DNA of 64,000 nt from Methyloligellaceae bacterium (lineage in GTDB: Bacteria > Pseudomonadota > Alphaproteobacteria > Rhizobiales > CBDHHC01). The notes beneath the pieces were generated by a model. The model saw only the letters and a list, made by a program, of their open reading frames with translations. It did no database searches and was not told the DNA's origin. The position numbers and the translations under genes were made by a program. Below are positions 37,992 to 48,364 of the stretch, in pieces (within the stretch, counting starts at the first letter, position 1; each line of letters opens with the position of its first letter). The stretch covers positions 339,777 to 403,776 of the forward strand of contig CBDHHC010000004.1 in NCBI GenBank assembly GCA_965263345.1, written 5' to 3'.

Positions 37992-38915
37992 TTGAACACA
38001 TATGAATTTATTCGATTTGTATTTATACCTTGCATAAATTTATCTCATTGGAGATTAAATTTATTGCATATGCAAATAACACAAAATTTATTTTATAACC
38101 TGGTGTGTATTATGTTCTCTGAAAACTATAGTGATTTTATAAATGAAAAATCTCGTCGTCATAAATTCTTGGGTGCGAATATCGATCTGTATAAGATGGA
38201 AGAGACGCTAGATCTTATTGGTGAAGTCATCCGAAACAGGGATAAGGTTCTACAATCTGATATAAATGTAGCAAAATTTGTCTCCATGAGGTCTGACGCT
38301 GTTCTGAATGAAGCTGTTCAGAAAAGCGACCTGATAAATATTGATGGTATGGGGATTTATATAGGCTGTAAGCTTCTTGGGGTTCCTGTCGAAGAAAAAG
38401 TTTCGGGTGTTGACTTGATGATGAATCTTTTGAAACGTTGTCAAGATGAAGGATTTCGACCATATTTTTTCGGTGCTAAGCAAGAAGTCGTTGAACAGAC
38501 TGTTCGTAAGGTACAAGAACAATTTCCAAAAATAAACGTTGCTGGTTTTAGAAATGGTTACTTTTCCGATGCGGATGAACCAGATATTATTGATCAAATC
38601 AATGCCGCACAAGCGGACTGTTTATTTGTTGGTATATCTACTCCTAAAAAAGAAGTCTTTCTTTATAAATACAGAGAACGACTTAATGTTCCATATCTAA
38701 TGGGTGTTGGTGGAGCTTTTGATGTTGTTGCCGGAAAAGTAAAACGCGCGCCATTATGGATGCAAAACTCTGGACTTGAGTGGTTTTATCGATTTTTACA
38801 AGAGCCTGGGCGCATGTGGAAAAGATACCTCTCTACTAATTCTGAATTTGGTCTAATTTTATTGCGAGCACTGTTTGCAAGAAATATTCTTCGTCGAAAT
38901 GTTCATACATCATAA
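37992..38915 (+). CDS. WecG/TagA/CpsF glycosyltransferase
   Basis: DGMG, V.GVDL, FVG...PKKE, MGVGGAFD and RAP.WMQ..GLEW..R..QEP.R motifs. True start probably near 38112. Confidence 0.9.
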   Translation: MNTYEFIRFVFIPCINLSHWRLNLLHMQITQNLFYNLVCIMFSENYSDFINEKSRRHKFLGANIDLYKMEETLDLIGEVIRNRDKVLQSDINVAKFVSMRSDAVLNEAVQKSDLINIDGMGIYIGCKLLGVPVEEKVSGVDLMMNLLKRCQDEGFRPYFFGAKQEVVEQTVRKVQEQFPKINVAGFRNGYFSDADEPDIIDQINAAQADCLFVGISTPKKEVFLYKYRERLNVPYLMGVGGAFDVVAGKVKRAPLWMQNSGLEWFYRFLQEPGRMWKRYLSTNSEFGLILLRALFARNILRRNVHTS

Positions 38916-38928
38916 AAAAAAATATTAA

Positions 38929-40065
38929 ATGGAAAAGAAAATGAGAGTTCTTGTTGTATTTGGCACACGCCCAGAAGCGATAAAATGTTTTCCCGTTGTG
39001 AAAGAATTACAAAAGAGGCCTGATGTTGATGTGAGAGTTTGCATCACAGCTCAACACCGTCAAATCTTGGATCAAATGCTACAACTCGTTGAGCTTGTTC
39101 CAGATTACGACTTAAATATCATGAGAGAAAAACCCACTCTTACAGATATTACTTCTGATGTTCTTATTAAAGTTGGCGAAATTTTAGATCAGTACCAGCC
39201 TGATCGGGTGATTGTACAAGGCGATACGACTACGACTTTTGCGACTGCCCTGGCAGCATTTTATCGTAAAATTCCTGTCGGTCATATTGAAGCAGGATTA
39301 CGTAGTTGGGATTTATATTCGCCTTGGCCTGAAGAAGCAAACCGTAGATTTGTTAGTGTAGTTGGTGACCTGCATTTTGCCCCGACACAAAAATCTCGAG
39401 CGAACCTTCTATCTGAAAATATCAGTGAAAAAAATATATTTGTCACAGGTAATACTGTTGTTGATGCCCTAAATTATATTAGACGCCGTATGTCAGATGA
39501 CAACAGCATGTTTTCTAATTTGGACCAATATTTACCTGATGAAAACGGTACTAGAAAACTCGTTCTGGTTACGACGCATAGACGTGAGAATTGGGAGAAT
39601 GGTCTTCAAAATATTCTAGAAGCTATTATCACCTTATCCCAAAGGCCTGATGTTCATATTGTTTTACCAGTTCACCCGAACCCGAATGTTAAAATACCCG
39701 TCTATGAAGCTCTTGATCAAAAGGCTAATATTAACCTTATTGAGCCTCAAGATTATCTACCTTTTGTCTATCTTATGAAAAGAAGTCATATCATTCTGAC
39801 TGACTCTGGTGGTGTTCAAGAAGAAGCACCAGCACTTGGTAAACCAGTTCTTGTCTTAAGAAATACAACTGAGCGTCCTGAGGGAATTGAGTCTGGTAAT
39901 GCGCTCCTTGTGGGGACTGATAGAGACAAAATTATAACTGAAGCTGAACGTTTGTTAGATGACCCTTCTGCTTACAGCAGCATGAGTCATGCTAGTAATC
40001 CATATGGTGATGGGACTGCTTCCGTGCAGATCGTAAATCATATTCTAAGCAGACATAGAATATAA
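38929..40065 (+). CDS. wecB: UDP-N-acetylglucosamine 2-epimerase (non-hydrolysing)
   Basis: FGTRPEAIK, QGDTTT, HIEAGLRS, PEEANR, TDSGGVQEEAP and NPYGDG motifs. Confidence 0.95.
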   Translation: MEKKMRVLVVFGTRPEAIKCFPVVKELQKRPDVDVRVCITAQHRQILDQMLQLVELVPDYDLNIMREKPTLTDITSDVLIKVGEILDQYQPDRVIVQGDTTTTFATALAAFYRKIPVGHIEAGLRSWDLYSPWPEEANRRFVSVVGDLHFAPTQKSRANLLSENISEKNIFVTGNTVVDALNYIRRRMSDDNSMFSNLDQYLPDENGTRKLVLVTTHRRENWENGLQNILEAIITLSQRPDVHIVLPVHPNPNVKIPVYEALDQKANINLIEPQDYLPFVYLMKRSHIILTDSGGVQEEAPALGKPVLVLRNTTERPEGIESGNALLVGTDRDKIITEAERLLDDPSAYSSMSHASNPYGDGTASVQIVNHILSRHRI

Positions 40066-40068
40066 ATT

Positions 40069-40827
40069 TTACACATTCTTGCAGAGAATATTATAAAAGA
40101 ACTCTGCAAGATCAACTGTGTATCGTCTCCCGAGCCTTGATGGTTCAGATATCAGGCGATGTAACCATTCAATTTTTGCTCGTTGCATCCAAGCTGGGCA
40201 CCGCTTCTTCACACCTGATGTAAAATCGAAAAGTGCTCCAACACCAAAAACAACTGGAATATTTAGAGCATCCCGGTTTTTTGCCATCCATAGCTCTTGT
40301 TTAGGATTTCCAAAAGCAACTAATAATACATCTGCTTCGGATGCATTGATTTTAGCAATTAGTTCATCAGTAGATATTTCCCAGCAAGAATACCCATCCG
40401 TATAACCTGCTATTTGTACATTACAGTTTTTAGTAAATTTTTCGGCAGCTCCTTTTACAGATTCTGGCGTGCTTCCTAACAAGTATATGCTATTCACATA
40501 TGTAGATTCTTTTATATAGTATGGCGTAAAATCTGTGCCGTTAAGATTTTCTGGAAATTTTTTCCCTGTCAGTAAAAAGCTGGCAATATCTAATCCAATT
40601 CCATCATTTAACATTAAGAAACTTTGCAAGCTATCACGAATTTGATTATCCCGATAAGCAAAATTAATTAGATTTGTATTTGCATACCCTACTAAAGCCT
40701 TATTATGTGAAGTAAAGTTTTCATCAATTATTGCAAGTGCATCATTTCTATGCACGGCAAGTACACTCAGTGGGCCAATTTGTCTTCGATCAGCACCTGT
40801 TGGTAATTCTACAGCTGAATTTAACAT
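40069..40827 (-). CDS. Second WecG/TagA/CpsF glycosyltransferase
   Basis: NDGIG, NLNGTD, VAFGNPKQE, GVGALFDF and EW..RL..EP.RL motifs. Confidence 0.9.
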   Translation of the reverse strand: MLNSAVELPTGADRRQIGPLSVLAVHRNDALAIIDENFTSHNKALVGYANTNLINFAYRDNQIRDSLQSFLMLNDGIGLDIASFLLTGKKFPENLNGTDFTPYYIKESTYVNSIYLLGSTPESVKGAAEKFTKNCNVQIAGYTDGYSCWEISTDELIAKINASEADVLLVAFGNPKQELWMAKNRDALNIPVVFGVGALFDFTSGVKKRCPAWMQRAKIEWLHRLISEPSRLGRRYTVDLAEFFYNILCKNV

Positions 40828-41045
40828 AGTTCACTCCACTTTATGGTCTTATCCATAGACTTTACTCAAGTTCATTACTCAAGAATTATGCCAAATTATT
40901 ATAATAATCCAGTTAAAGTGAACGGTGTTATTGTGACATTTTGTATTGCATTTATTATATGTTAGACAGCAGGTTAATTTTCTAAATTTAAATATTGTTA
41001 CCCTAAACATACATAGGTTTAACAACTTATCTAACGAGTTACTCT

Positions 41046-41717
41046 ATGAAATCCTTGGTTCCTGATTATATTCAAAGTTACATAAATTCAGTTACTGACA
41101 AGCAAAATGATATACAGAAATTGCTTCAAAAAGAAACTGAAGAACTTATCGGCTTTCCAATGCAGACACCTCATGACCAGGCCGTATTTCTCAGCTTCAT
41201 GATCAAACTTATCAATGCTAAAAATGTTATAGAAGTTGGTGTTTTTACAGGTTACAGCGCATTATCTATGGCTGTTGCTTTGCCTTCTGATGGTCGACTT
41301 ATAGCTTGTGATAATAATATTCCTTGGACACAGATGGCTCAAAAATACTGGGAGAAGGCCGATGTTCGGCATAAAATTGATTTACGCATTGGCCAAGCCG
41401 TAGATACATTAAATTCAATAATTTCTGATGGCCAAATTAACGCATTTGATATGGCGTATATCGATGCAGATAAGAATAATTATGAGAATTATTATGAAGC
41501 TTGCCTGCAACTCATACGACCAGGGGGATTATTATGCATAGATAATATGCTATGGGGTGGGAGAGTCGCAAAGGAAGATCCTGTAGAAAATATTGCACAG
41601 GCTGATGCTTATACCCAATCCCTACGAGACCTTGCTCGCTTTATTTATAATGATAAACGCGTTGATGCTAGTCTTGTTCCTATCGGAGATGGCTTACTGC
41701 TCGTAAGGAAAATTTAA
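41046..41717 (+). CDS. Class I SAM-dependent O-methyltransferase (caffeoyl-CoA OMT-like)
   Basis: IEVGVFTGYS, FDMAYIDADK, DNMLW.G and PIGDGL motifs. Confidence 0.9.
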   Translation: MKSLVPDYIQSYINSVTDKQNDIQKLLQKETEELIGFPMQTPHDQAVFLSFMIKLINAKNVIEVGVFTGYSALSMAVALPSDGRLIACDNNIPWTQMAQKYWEKADVRHKIDLRIGQAVDTLNSIISDGQINAFDMAYIDADKNNYENYYEACLQLIRPGGLLCIDNMLWGGRVAKEDPVENIAQADAYTQSLRDLARFIYNDKRVDASLVPIGDGLLLVRKI

Positions 41718-41738
41718 TGAAGGTGTTTTTTGCACCTT

Positions 41739-41945
41739 CTAAGATATTGCGTCTATATTCTCGTCTTTTAAACCGTGGGTCGAAAATCCGATAATCCATA
41801 AAAAAGTTACAGGGAGAATAAATAGAATAGCTGTATTTATATTTATATCCATAACAATGCAGCCTAGAATAACTAATAAGCATATATTGCTAATGAACAT
41901 TGCAATATTGCTTGAGTTATCGTAAATATCATCATTTTCTTTCAT
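41739..41945 (-). CDS. Small two-TM hypothetical protein
   Basis: AGGAG RBS upstream; 68 aa with two hydrophobic stretches. Confidence 0.55.
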   Translation of the reverse strand: MKENDDIYDNSSNIAMFISNICLLVILGCIVMDININTAILFILPVTFLWIIGFSTHGLKDENIDAIS

Positions 41946-42546
41946 GTTTTACTCCTTTTACTATTACCATATTTATTATTAAAACATTCAATATTAATAA
42001 ATTGTTACTGTGCTTTGCTCTACACAAAGTTTAAAGCTTTATATATATAAAACAGTGAGGTGCTAAAAGAATAATTGAGGGTGAATTAGGTCTGATTTTA
42101 TAAAGAAAAAATGCAGTATCGTGGAGCGTTTTAACTAATTTTACTTCAACTTACCAGGCTTATTTTTATGCCTGTGTGTTTTTTGTTATACTATTTCGTT
42201 CCATCTCCTTTTATGGGTCTCTCTCATTCGACTATGGTTTATTCTATCAAGCATACTATGTCATCATACAGCGTAATGCTTTTTTGCAAAATTTATAAGA
42301 AAACTGATTTTTTTTTCAGATCGCAGAAGAAAATGACTCATCTGAAATTCTAGGCAAAGCTCTATTTTACCGTAACCATTCAGGGAGATGATGTAAAACC
42401 TAGGATAAAGATAAATAAAATACTCATTTCTTAAGTTATCAAATCAATTTGATACCATTAATTTAAATTCGGGTTTATACTGATTCAGTATTCTTAATCA
42501 ATAGTTTGAGGCAAGTATTATACATAATAAAAACGGGGTTCTTTTT

Positions 42547-44379
42547 ATGATTTTCAGATTAGGCATCCTCATTGTCTTTTTTCTTGCGCATATGAATATA
42601 TCTGCATTTGCGAAAACCAAACCAGACTCACCTATATATTATTTTCCATTTATGCACGCTATTCCTGGTGGAAAAGGATATGAAGGTCTCGGTGGTGATC
42701 GTATATTTTTTAGTTATATCCATGTGGCTCTTGAAATTCTCAAAGCTCCGCAAAAATATGAAATCTATTCTGAAGGCTTTAGTATCGATCTTTACCGTGG
42801 TGGTCGATATTATATTGGGCCTAAAATTACTCGAAAAATTAGATCACGATTTCCAAACGGGTTTCCGCAACATGTTCGTGAATGGACGCAGCCTCAAAAA
42901 GACGTCTTTGTCGAATATGGTCCTGTAACTGTTTTATACGCCCTTAATAAAATTAAAAGGATCAGAGCTGCTGATCGGGAAAAATCTCTTGCCCGGGCGA
43001 AGCGTCTTTTATCAAAATGCGAGACGACCAGATATTTTAAGGCCTGGACGACAACTCTTTTTCGAAAAATCTACAAAAATTGGGATGAGTTTTACACTCA
43101 ACTTCGAAAAGATCGTGGCCAAGGTGTATCTAAATCCTGTAAAAGTATTTATCAAACACGAGAAAAATATGCCGTTAAACGTTTAAAAAAACATCGCACA
43201 ATTATTCGTAAGCCTTTGCTGATTATCTATGGAGCCTCACATGATTTTGGAAAATATTTTGGTGATAAGCTTCATTATCTAGGCAATCCTATTTTAAGCC
43301 ATGCAGCTGCGTGTTATCATCATAGAAACAGTTTCAGAATAAGTTATGATTTTAAAATCTGTTCTAAACTTTTTCTATCCTGGCTAGAAACTCTTGGTCA
43401 TAAGAGCTATTTTTCTGGTTCACTCCCAAAGTCTTTTGCTCCAAATACTGTGGCTTATGCGCGCCGTCTTGCGCCTGATAATAGCCGGGGCTCGTCTCAA
43501 GCTGAACACGAAAAACTTTTTAGAGCCTGTTCGAATGAGACCCTTAAAGCAAAATCACGCATTACGGCCTGCAATCGGTTTATCCATATTCTTTCTACCA
43601 AAACATCTTACGATAAAGCTGACCTTTATTACTTCCGAGCACAGGCCTTTTTTGATAATTTACAATATCAGCAGGCCATTGAAGATCTTAAGACATACAT
43701 AGGATCTTACCCAAACTCAAATAAGGCCTATAATCTTCTTGGTTGGGCTTATTTTAAAAAGAAAGATTATGTCTCTGCTCTTTCTCATCTTAATAAAGCC
43801 ATTGAAATTAGTCCAAACCATACGAATAGTTATAATCGTCGTGGTCTTACGCATATGGCTGTTCGTAATTACACAGAGGCGATTAAAAACTTTAAAAAAG
43901 CTATTCGCCTCGATCCGCAATATATTCATGCCTATAATAATATTGGCTGGGCTTATTTCAGCCATAAGAAATATAAATCTGCGATACGTTATTATAAAGA
44001 TGCGTTGAAGCTTAACCCTCAGTTTCAGAAGGTTCTTAATAATCTTGGTCTGACTTATATTAAAACCAAAGATTATCGCTTGGCCTTTAAATATCTTAAA
44101 AAAGCTATCGATGTTAACCCGAATGATGCGCAGGCTTATAATAATCTTGCCTGGGCCTATTTTAAAGCTGGACGTCCAAAGTCTGGTTTAAAATATGTTC
44201 AAGACTCTATAAAACTTCTTCCTAAAAATCCCCTTGCTTATGATACGAGGGCGCATATTTATGAGGCTTTGGGGGACTATAAAAAAGCCCTTTCTGATTA
44301 TAAAAAAGCGTTAGAACTTAATCCTCGGTTAAATGTTAGTCTGGCTGGGTTAGAGCGGTTAAAGAAGAAAGTTAATTGA
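42547..44379 (+). CDS. Exported TPR-repeat protein with unknown N-terminal domain
   Basis: Signal peptide; about seven 34-aa AYNNLG.AY...A..L.P repeats at the C-terminus. Confidence 0.85.
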   Translation: MIFRLGILIVFFLAHMNISAFAKTKPDSPIYYFPFMHAIPGGKGYEGLGGDRIFFSYIHVALEILKAPQKYEIYSEGFSIDLYRGGRYYIGPKITRKIRSRFPNGFPQHVREWTQPQKDVFVEYGPVTVLYALNKIKRIRAADREKSLARAKRLLSKCETTRYFKAWTTTLFRKIYKNWDEFYTQLRKDRGQGVSKSCKSIYQTREKYAVKRLKKHRTIIRKPLLIIYGASHDFGKYFGDKLHYLGNPILSHAAACYHHRNSFRISYDFKICSKLFLSWLETLGHKSYFSGSLPKSFAPNTVAYARRLAPDNSRGSSQAEHEKLFRACSNETLKAKSRITACNRFIHILSTKTSYDKADLYYFRAQAFFDNLQYQQAIEDLKTYIGSYPNSNKAYNLLGWAYFKKKDYVSALSHLNKAIEISPNHTNSYNRRGLTHMAVRNYTEAIKNFKKAIRLDPQYIHAYNNIGWAYFSHKKYKSAIRYYKDALKLNPQFQKVLNNLGLTYIKTKDYRLAFKYLKKAIDVNPNDAQAYNNLAWAYFKAGRPKSGLKYVQDSIKLLPKNPLAYDTRAHIYEALGDYKKALSDYKKALELNPRLNVSLAGLERLKKKVN

Positions 44380-44457
44380 GTTCACGTTTGTTTTTTTTTG
44401 CATTCAAGCGGCATATCGCCTTTTTCGAGCAAAGCTCGGCTCGCAGTCGCACTTGCT

Positions 44458-44490
44458 AATGAAGATTATGGGGAACTCATAATCTTCATT
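44458..44490. terminator. Stem-loop downstream of the TPR gene
   Basis: AATGAAGATTATG-GGGAACT-CATAATCTTCATT, 13-bp perfect stem. Confidence 0.5.
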
Positions 44491-44868
44491 GGGATAATTT
44501 TTTCCTATTCTTATTTGAAGGCTTAACAATTTTCACTATAGCCTAAACCCGTTTTCGTTTTGATGATATCTAATATAATGCAGGTTGAGAGTATGAGGAT
44601 AACTTTTTTTGTGTTTTTTATTTCAATAGATTCAATGAGTTAATATTTTTTATGGTTAGGATTGAGTTAAGATGGGGACCTCTCTATGTGAGTGACTATG
44701 TATAGTTAGATCAACATTGCAAAGACCATCAGACGTTTGGTTACAAAACAAATGCAGATAGAAAATTAGTGAATTTGTGGTAACTGACAAGATGAACGGT
44801 TCCGGGCATGCTGAAAGCATGGCCCAGCTGGGGAAAGCACTGCCAGAGTATTTAAGCTCTGATCCCTA

Positions 44869-45360
44869 TCATAAACATTCTATCCAGAATGTTTTATAGG
44901 TATCGGCCCCATTATCTGAAAGCATGATAATGGATATTGCATATTTTCCTGCTTTTTCTGGTGTTGTCACATAGACCCAACATGGAACAGGTTCTTGACC
45001 ATAAATCAGATGTATTCCCTTCAGACGCATGGTTTTCGTTCCTCCGCTCCCAGTTTTCAGTTCATCATAAACATATTGTTCTTCTGTTCCTGATGTTACT
45101 TTGGTTAACTCGAAACTAGGATCCAGATCAAAATGAACAGCTATCGACATCGCAGCCGGCTTTGCATACCAGTGGCCTTCGTTAAAAAGTTCAAAGTTAA
45201 TTTTTGTTGTTTCACCGCACTTAAATTGTTCTTTTGTTTTGATACGTGCGTTAATTTTTGGTTTTGCTGTGTGACGCAAAGCAATCAATGACAAATATAG
45301 TGCACAAAAAGCGGTGATTGCTGAGAATATTAAATTTAAAATTGATATCTGGTTTTCCAT
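44869..45360 (-). CDS. Hypothetical protein, N-terminal TM anchor plus Ig-like beta domain
   Basis: 163 aa; hydrophobic N-terminus; FELFNEG...PEKAGKYAISI pattern typical of Ig-like folds. Confidence 0.6.
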   Translation of the reverse strand: MENQISILNLIFSAITAFCALYLSLIALRHTAKPKINARIKTKEQFKCGETTKINFELFNEGHWYAKPAAMSIAVHFDLDPSFELTKVTSGTEEQYVYDELKTGSGGTKTMRLKGIHLIYGQEPVPCWVYVTTPEKAGKYAISIIMLSDNGADTYKTFWIECL

Positions 45361-45502
45361 GCCTGATGTCCCCCGGTTTTTATTTATTCAAGATAATAGA
45401 GGTTTTGGGCTGATTTAAGGTTTCAGGGGACCTTAATAGAAGGTGTGTTATGATAGGTTTTGCTGTTCGCACCTATGTTTGTTGATATTTTTTTTCATGA
45501 AC

Positions 45503-45534
45503 TTTAAGGTCGCGACTGCAAGTCACGACCTTAA
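45503..45534 (-). terminator. Terminator of the EEP nuclease gene
   Basis: TTAAGGTCGCGACT-GCA-AGTCACGACCTTAA inverted repeat about 22 nt after the stop. Confidence 0.6.
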
Positions 45535-45556
45535 ATGGATTTCGCATATCCACCCC

Positions 45557-46699
45557 TCAAACGCTCTCTGCCATGCGCTTGATGTCGTCTTTGATTGGGT
45601 CCCAGTTGAATTCGGCGCGGACGAGGCCGTGATCGCTGGCGCCTGTTGCTTGGATGATTCGTTTTTTGGCTGTGCGGCCTTCGTCGGCGATGTTTAAGTG
45701 ATCGTTGATCATTTCCATTTCTTCGAAAGACCAGTGGCGTTTTTTGGAATGATCGTAGAATTCCTCTGATACCAAAATATGATCTAAGGTATCGAGTTTG
45801 TTTTTGTAAATATGAGTGTAATAGACATGACGCTGAGAGCGGTATTGCTGAAGACTTTCAACGGAATAGAGGCCTTTATCAGATTTACCACCCGCCCTGC
45901 TTGCTGCAAAGAGACGGTAAGTTGGTTGACCTGAGATAAGTTCGGTTGTAACGCTTGCCGTGGCGTCGTTCAGATCTCCTAAGACCACTGTGGGGGAGAA
46001 CTCTTTGTCATCGGTTTCTTTCATATCCGCATCAAGCATCGCCCGTAAAGCCCCTGCTTCCATAACCCTTCGGATGTGAGAAACGGCGGAAAGTGTTATC
46101 CCGCTATGATTTTCTAATACAGGGTTATCACGGGAGCCTCTTAATCTTGCCGGGCCTTTTGATTTTAAATGGGCGACATAGACTTTGATTGGGGGCGGAG
46201 TTGGGCCATTTGCTTCAATCTGAATATCAACAGCAAGAACAGGGCGAGAGAAGTTGTTGATGGTGACAGAAATTTCTTCCTGGGCGCCATCCATTTCTTT
46301 TAAATCATTAAAGACAAAAGTCTCGGGGAAATTTTCTTTCCACAGGCTATCATCAATAGATGCGTTTTTCACCCAGCCTTTACGGACGGCCATTGCAACT
46401 TGTGGGCGGCCTATGCCTGGGGCATCTCTGGCGATCAAATCATATTCACTGGAAAGCTCAGCTTTATTAAAAGCGTCTTGTAAGGCTTTTGCGCTCCAGA
46501 GTTCCTGAAAGCCAATCACGTCAGCGTCCAATGCGATGATTTTATCTGCTGTCCATTGGAGCTTTTGTTCGTAAATTTCACGGCCTTCCGCACTGTCTTC
46601 AAAGGCAGGCTTTTTCGAGCTGTAGGTATGTTTTCCTGGTTCTTGGAGGTTTAGAAGGTTGAAAGTAGCGAAACTGATATCTCTTTTGTTGGCACCCAT
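45557..46699 (-). CDS. Endonuclease/exonuclease/phosphatase family protein
   Basis: ATFNLLNL, IGFQE, AHLKS, LGDLND, LDHI and SDH motifs. Start at ATG 46699 after AGAGAG preferred. Confidence 0.88.
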   Translation of the reverse strand: MGANKRDISFATFNLLNLQEPGKHTYSSKKPAFEDSAEGREIYEQKLQWTADKIIALDADVIGFQELWSAKALQDAFNKAELSSEYDLIARDAPGIGRPQVAMAVRKGWVKNASIDDSLWKENFPETFVFNDLKEMDGAQEEISVTINNFSRPVLAVDIQIEANGPTPPPIKVYVAHLKSKGPARLRGSRDNPVLENHSGITLSAVSHIRRVMEAGALRAMLDADMKETDDKEFSPTVVLGDLNDATASVTTELISGQPTYRLFAASRAGGKSDKGLYSVESLQQYRSQRHVYYTHIYKNKLDTLDHILVSEEFYDHSKKRHWSFEEMEMINDHLNIADEGRTAKKRIIQATGASDHGLVRAEFNWDPIKDDIKRMAESV

Positions 46700-46960
46700 A
46701 GTATCTCTCTTTAAGAATGAATTAAAAAATGAAAACATGAGAGATAAAATACAGGTAATTTTAGGGAGCAACAATCATCTGTTTAAAGCTATTGACAGTT
46801 TTTTATTTGGTTTGAGAAATTTTCTATTCACCTTCAAGAGGGCTTATATCTGCGCTATAATACTCTCTGATCACCAAAATATCTATTGAGGTTCTTTCAA
46901 AATACCTTAAGGCTTCTTTAGATGAAGGGGAGAGGGGTTTAGATTTAGGATATATGAAAA

Positions 46961-48325
46961 TTACTCATTCCCACCTTCATGCAAACTCCCCCATAAATCA
47001 TACTCATCTGTAAACTCTACACGAACTTTCACAATATCTCCTGGAGCCAGAGATGTTTCTCCATTTAAAAAGACATTGCCATCGATTTCAGGTGCATCCC
47101 AGATGGAGCGTCCAATGGCTCCCTCTTCGTCAACCTCATCAATAATCGTATCAATAATTTTATCTTTTCGAGTTGCTAAAATTTCACGACTGATTTCTTG
47201 TTGTGCTTGCATAAAGCGCTCAAAACGCTCCTGTTTCACCTCTTCATCAACATGGCCGTCTAGATCATTTGACAAAGCGCCTTCAACATTTTCATATTTG
47301 AAGCATCCGGCACGGTTGATTTTCGCTTCTTTCATCCAGTCTAAAAGCATTTGAAAGTCTTCTTCGGTTTCACCCGGGAACCCGACAATGAAGGTTGAAC
47401 GTACACCGAGATCTGGGCAAATTTCCCGCCATTTTTTAATTCGCTCAAGAGTTTTTTCCTGATGAGCTGGACGACGCATCGCTTTTAGTACAGTTGGGCT
47501 TGCGTGCTGGAAGGGAATATCAAGATATGGCAATATATAGCCCTCTGCCATCAGCGGAATGATGTCATCTACATGAGGATAAGGGTAGACATAATGCAAA
47601 CGAACCCATGCTCCCAAGCTGCCCAATGCTTTGCTTAGATCATAAAATCTTGCTGCAATGTTTTGTTGTTTCCAGGTGCTTTCTTGATATTTCAGGTCTG
47701 TACCGTAAGCACTTGTATCCTGACTTATTACAAGTAATTCTTTTACACCAGCCATTACTAATTTTTCAGCTTCTGCCATCACATGGTTTGCTGGACGGCT
47801 GTTTAGCTTTCCACGCATAGATGGGATAATGCAGAACGAACAAGAATGGTTGCAACCTTCTGAAATTTTAACATAGGCATAATGGCGAGGTGTAAGTTTT
47901 ATACCTTCTGGTGGCACAAGGTCTGTGTATGGGTTGTGCTTTGGTGGTGCAACTTTATGTATTTCATTTACCACTGTTTCATATTGTTGTGGCCCTGTTA
48001 CTGCTAAAACATCAGGGTAGTTGTCTCTGATTTTATCTTCTTCTACGCCTAAGCAGCCTGTAACAATGACCTTACCATTTTCCGCCATTGCTTCGCCAAT
48101 AGCCTCTAAGGATTCTTGCTTGGCCGTATCAAGGAAACCGCAAGTGTTGACCAAAACAACATTAGCTTCACTATATTCGTTTGAAATCTCATAGCCTTCA
48201 GACCTTAATTTCGTAATGATGCGCTCTGAGTCAACAAGAGCTTTAGGGCATCCTAAGCTTACGATACCTACTTTTGGACTATTCTGCTCTGAATCATTGG
48301 ACGTGTGAGACGGCGTATCGGGCAT
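46961..48325 (-). CDS. rimO: Ribosomal protein S12 methylthiotransferase
   Basis: [21 protein letters not shown] radical-SAM motif and TRAM-domain DAPEIDG. Confidence 0.97.
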   Translation of the reverse strand: MPDTPSHTSNDSEQNSPKVGIVSLGCPKALVDSERIITKLRSEGYEISNEYSEANVVLVNTCGFLDTAKQESLEAIGEAMAENGKVIVTGCLGVEEDKIRDNYPDVLAVTGPQQYETVVNEIHKVAPPKHNPYTDLVPPEGIKLTPRHYAYVKISEGCNHSCSFCIIPSMRGKLNSRPANHVMAEAEKLVMAGVKELLVISQDTSAYGTDLKYQESTWKQQNIAARFYDLSKALGSLGAWVRLHYVYPYPHVDDIIPLMAEGYILPYLDIPFQHASPTVLKAMRRPAHQEKTLERIKKWREICPDLGVRSTFIVGFPGETEEDFQMLLDWMKEAKINRAGCFKYENVEGALSNDLDGHVDEEVKQERFERFMQAQQEISREILATRKDKIIDTIIDEVDEEGAIGRSIWDAPEIDGNVFLNGETSLAPGDIVKVRVEFTDEYDLWGSLHEGGNE

Positions 48326-48364
48326 AGTTTTGTGCTTTCAACCAATATGTTTGGTAAAGGGATC

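Noticed and set aside
44790-44850. Riboswitch (GAAA-loop hairpin)
   Set aside because: No recognisable aptamer consensus, and it lies between convergent gene 3' ends.
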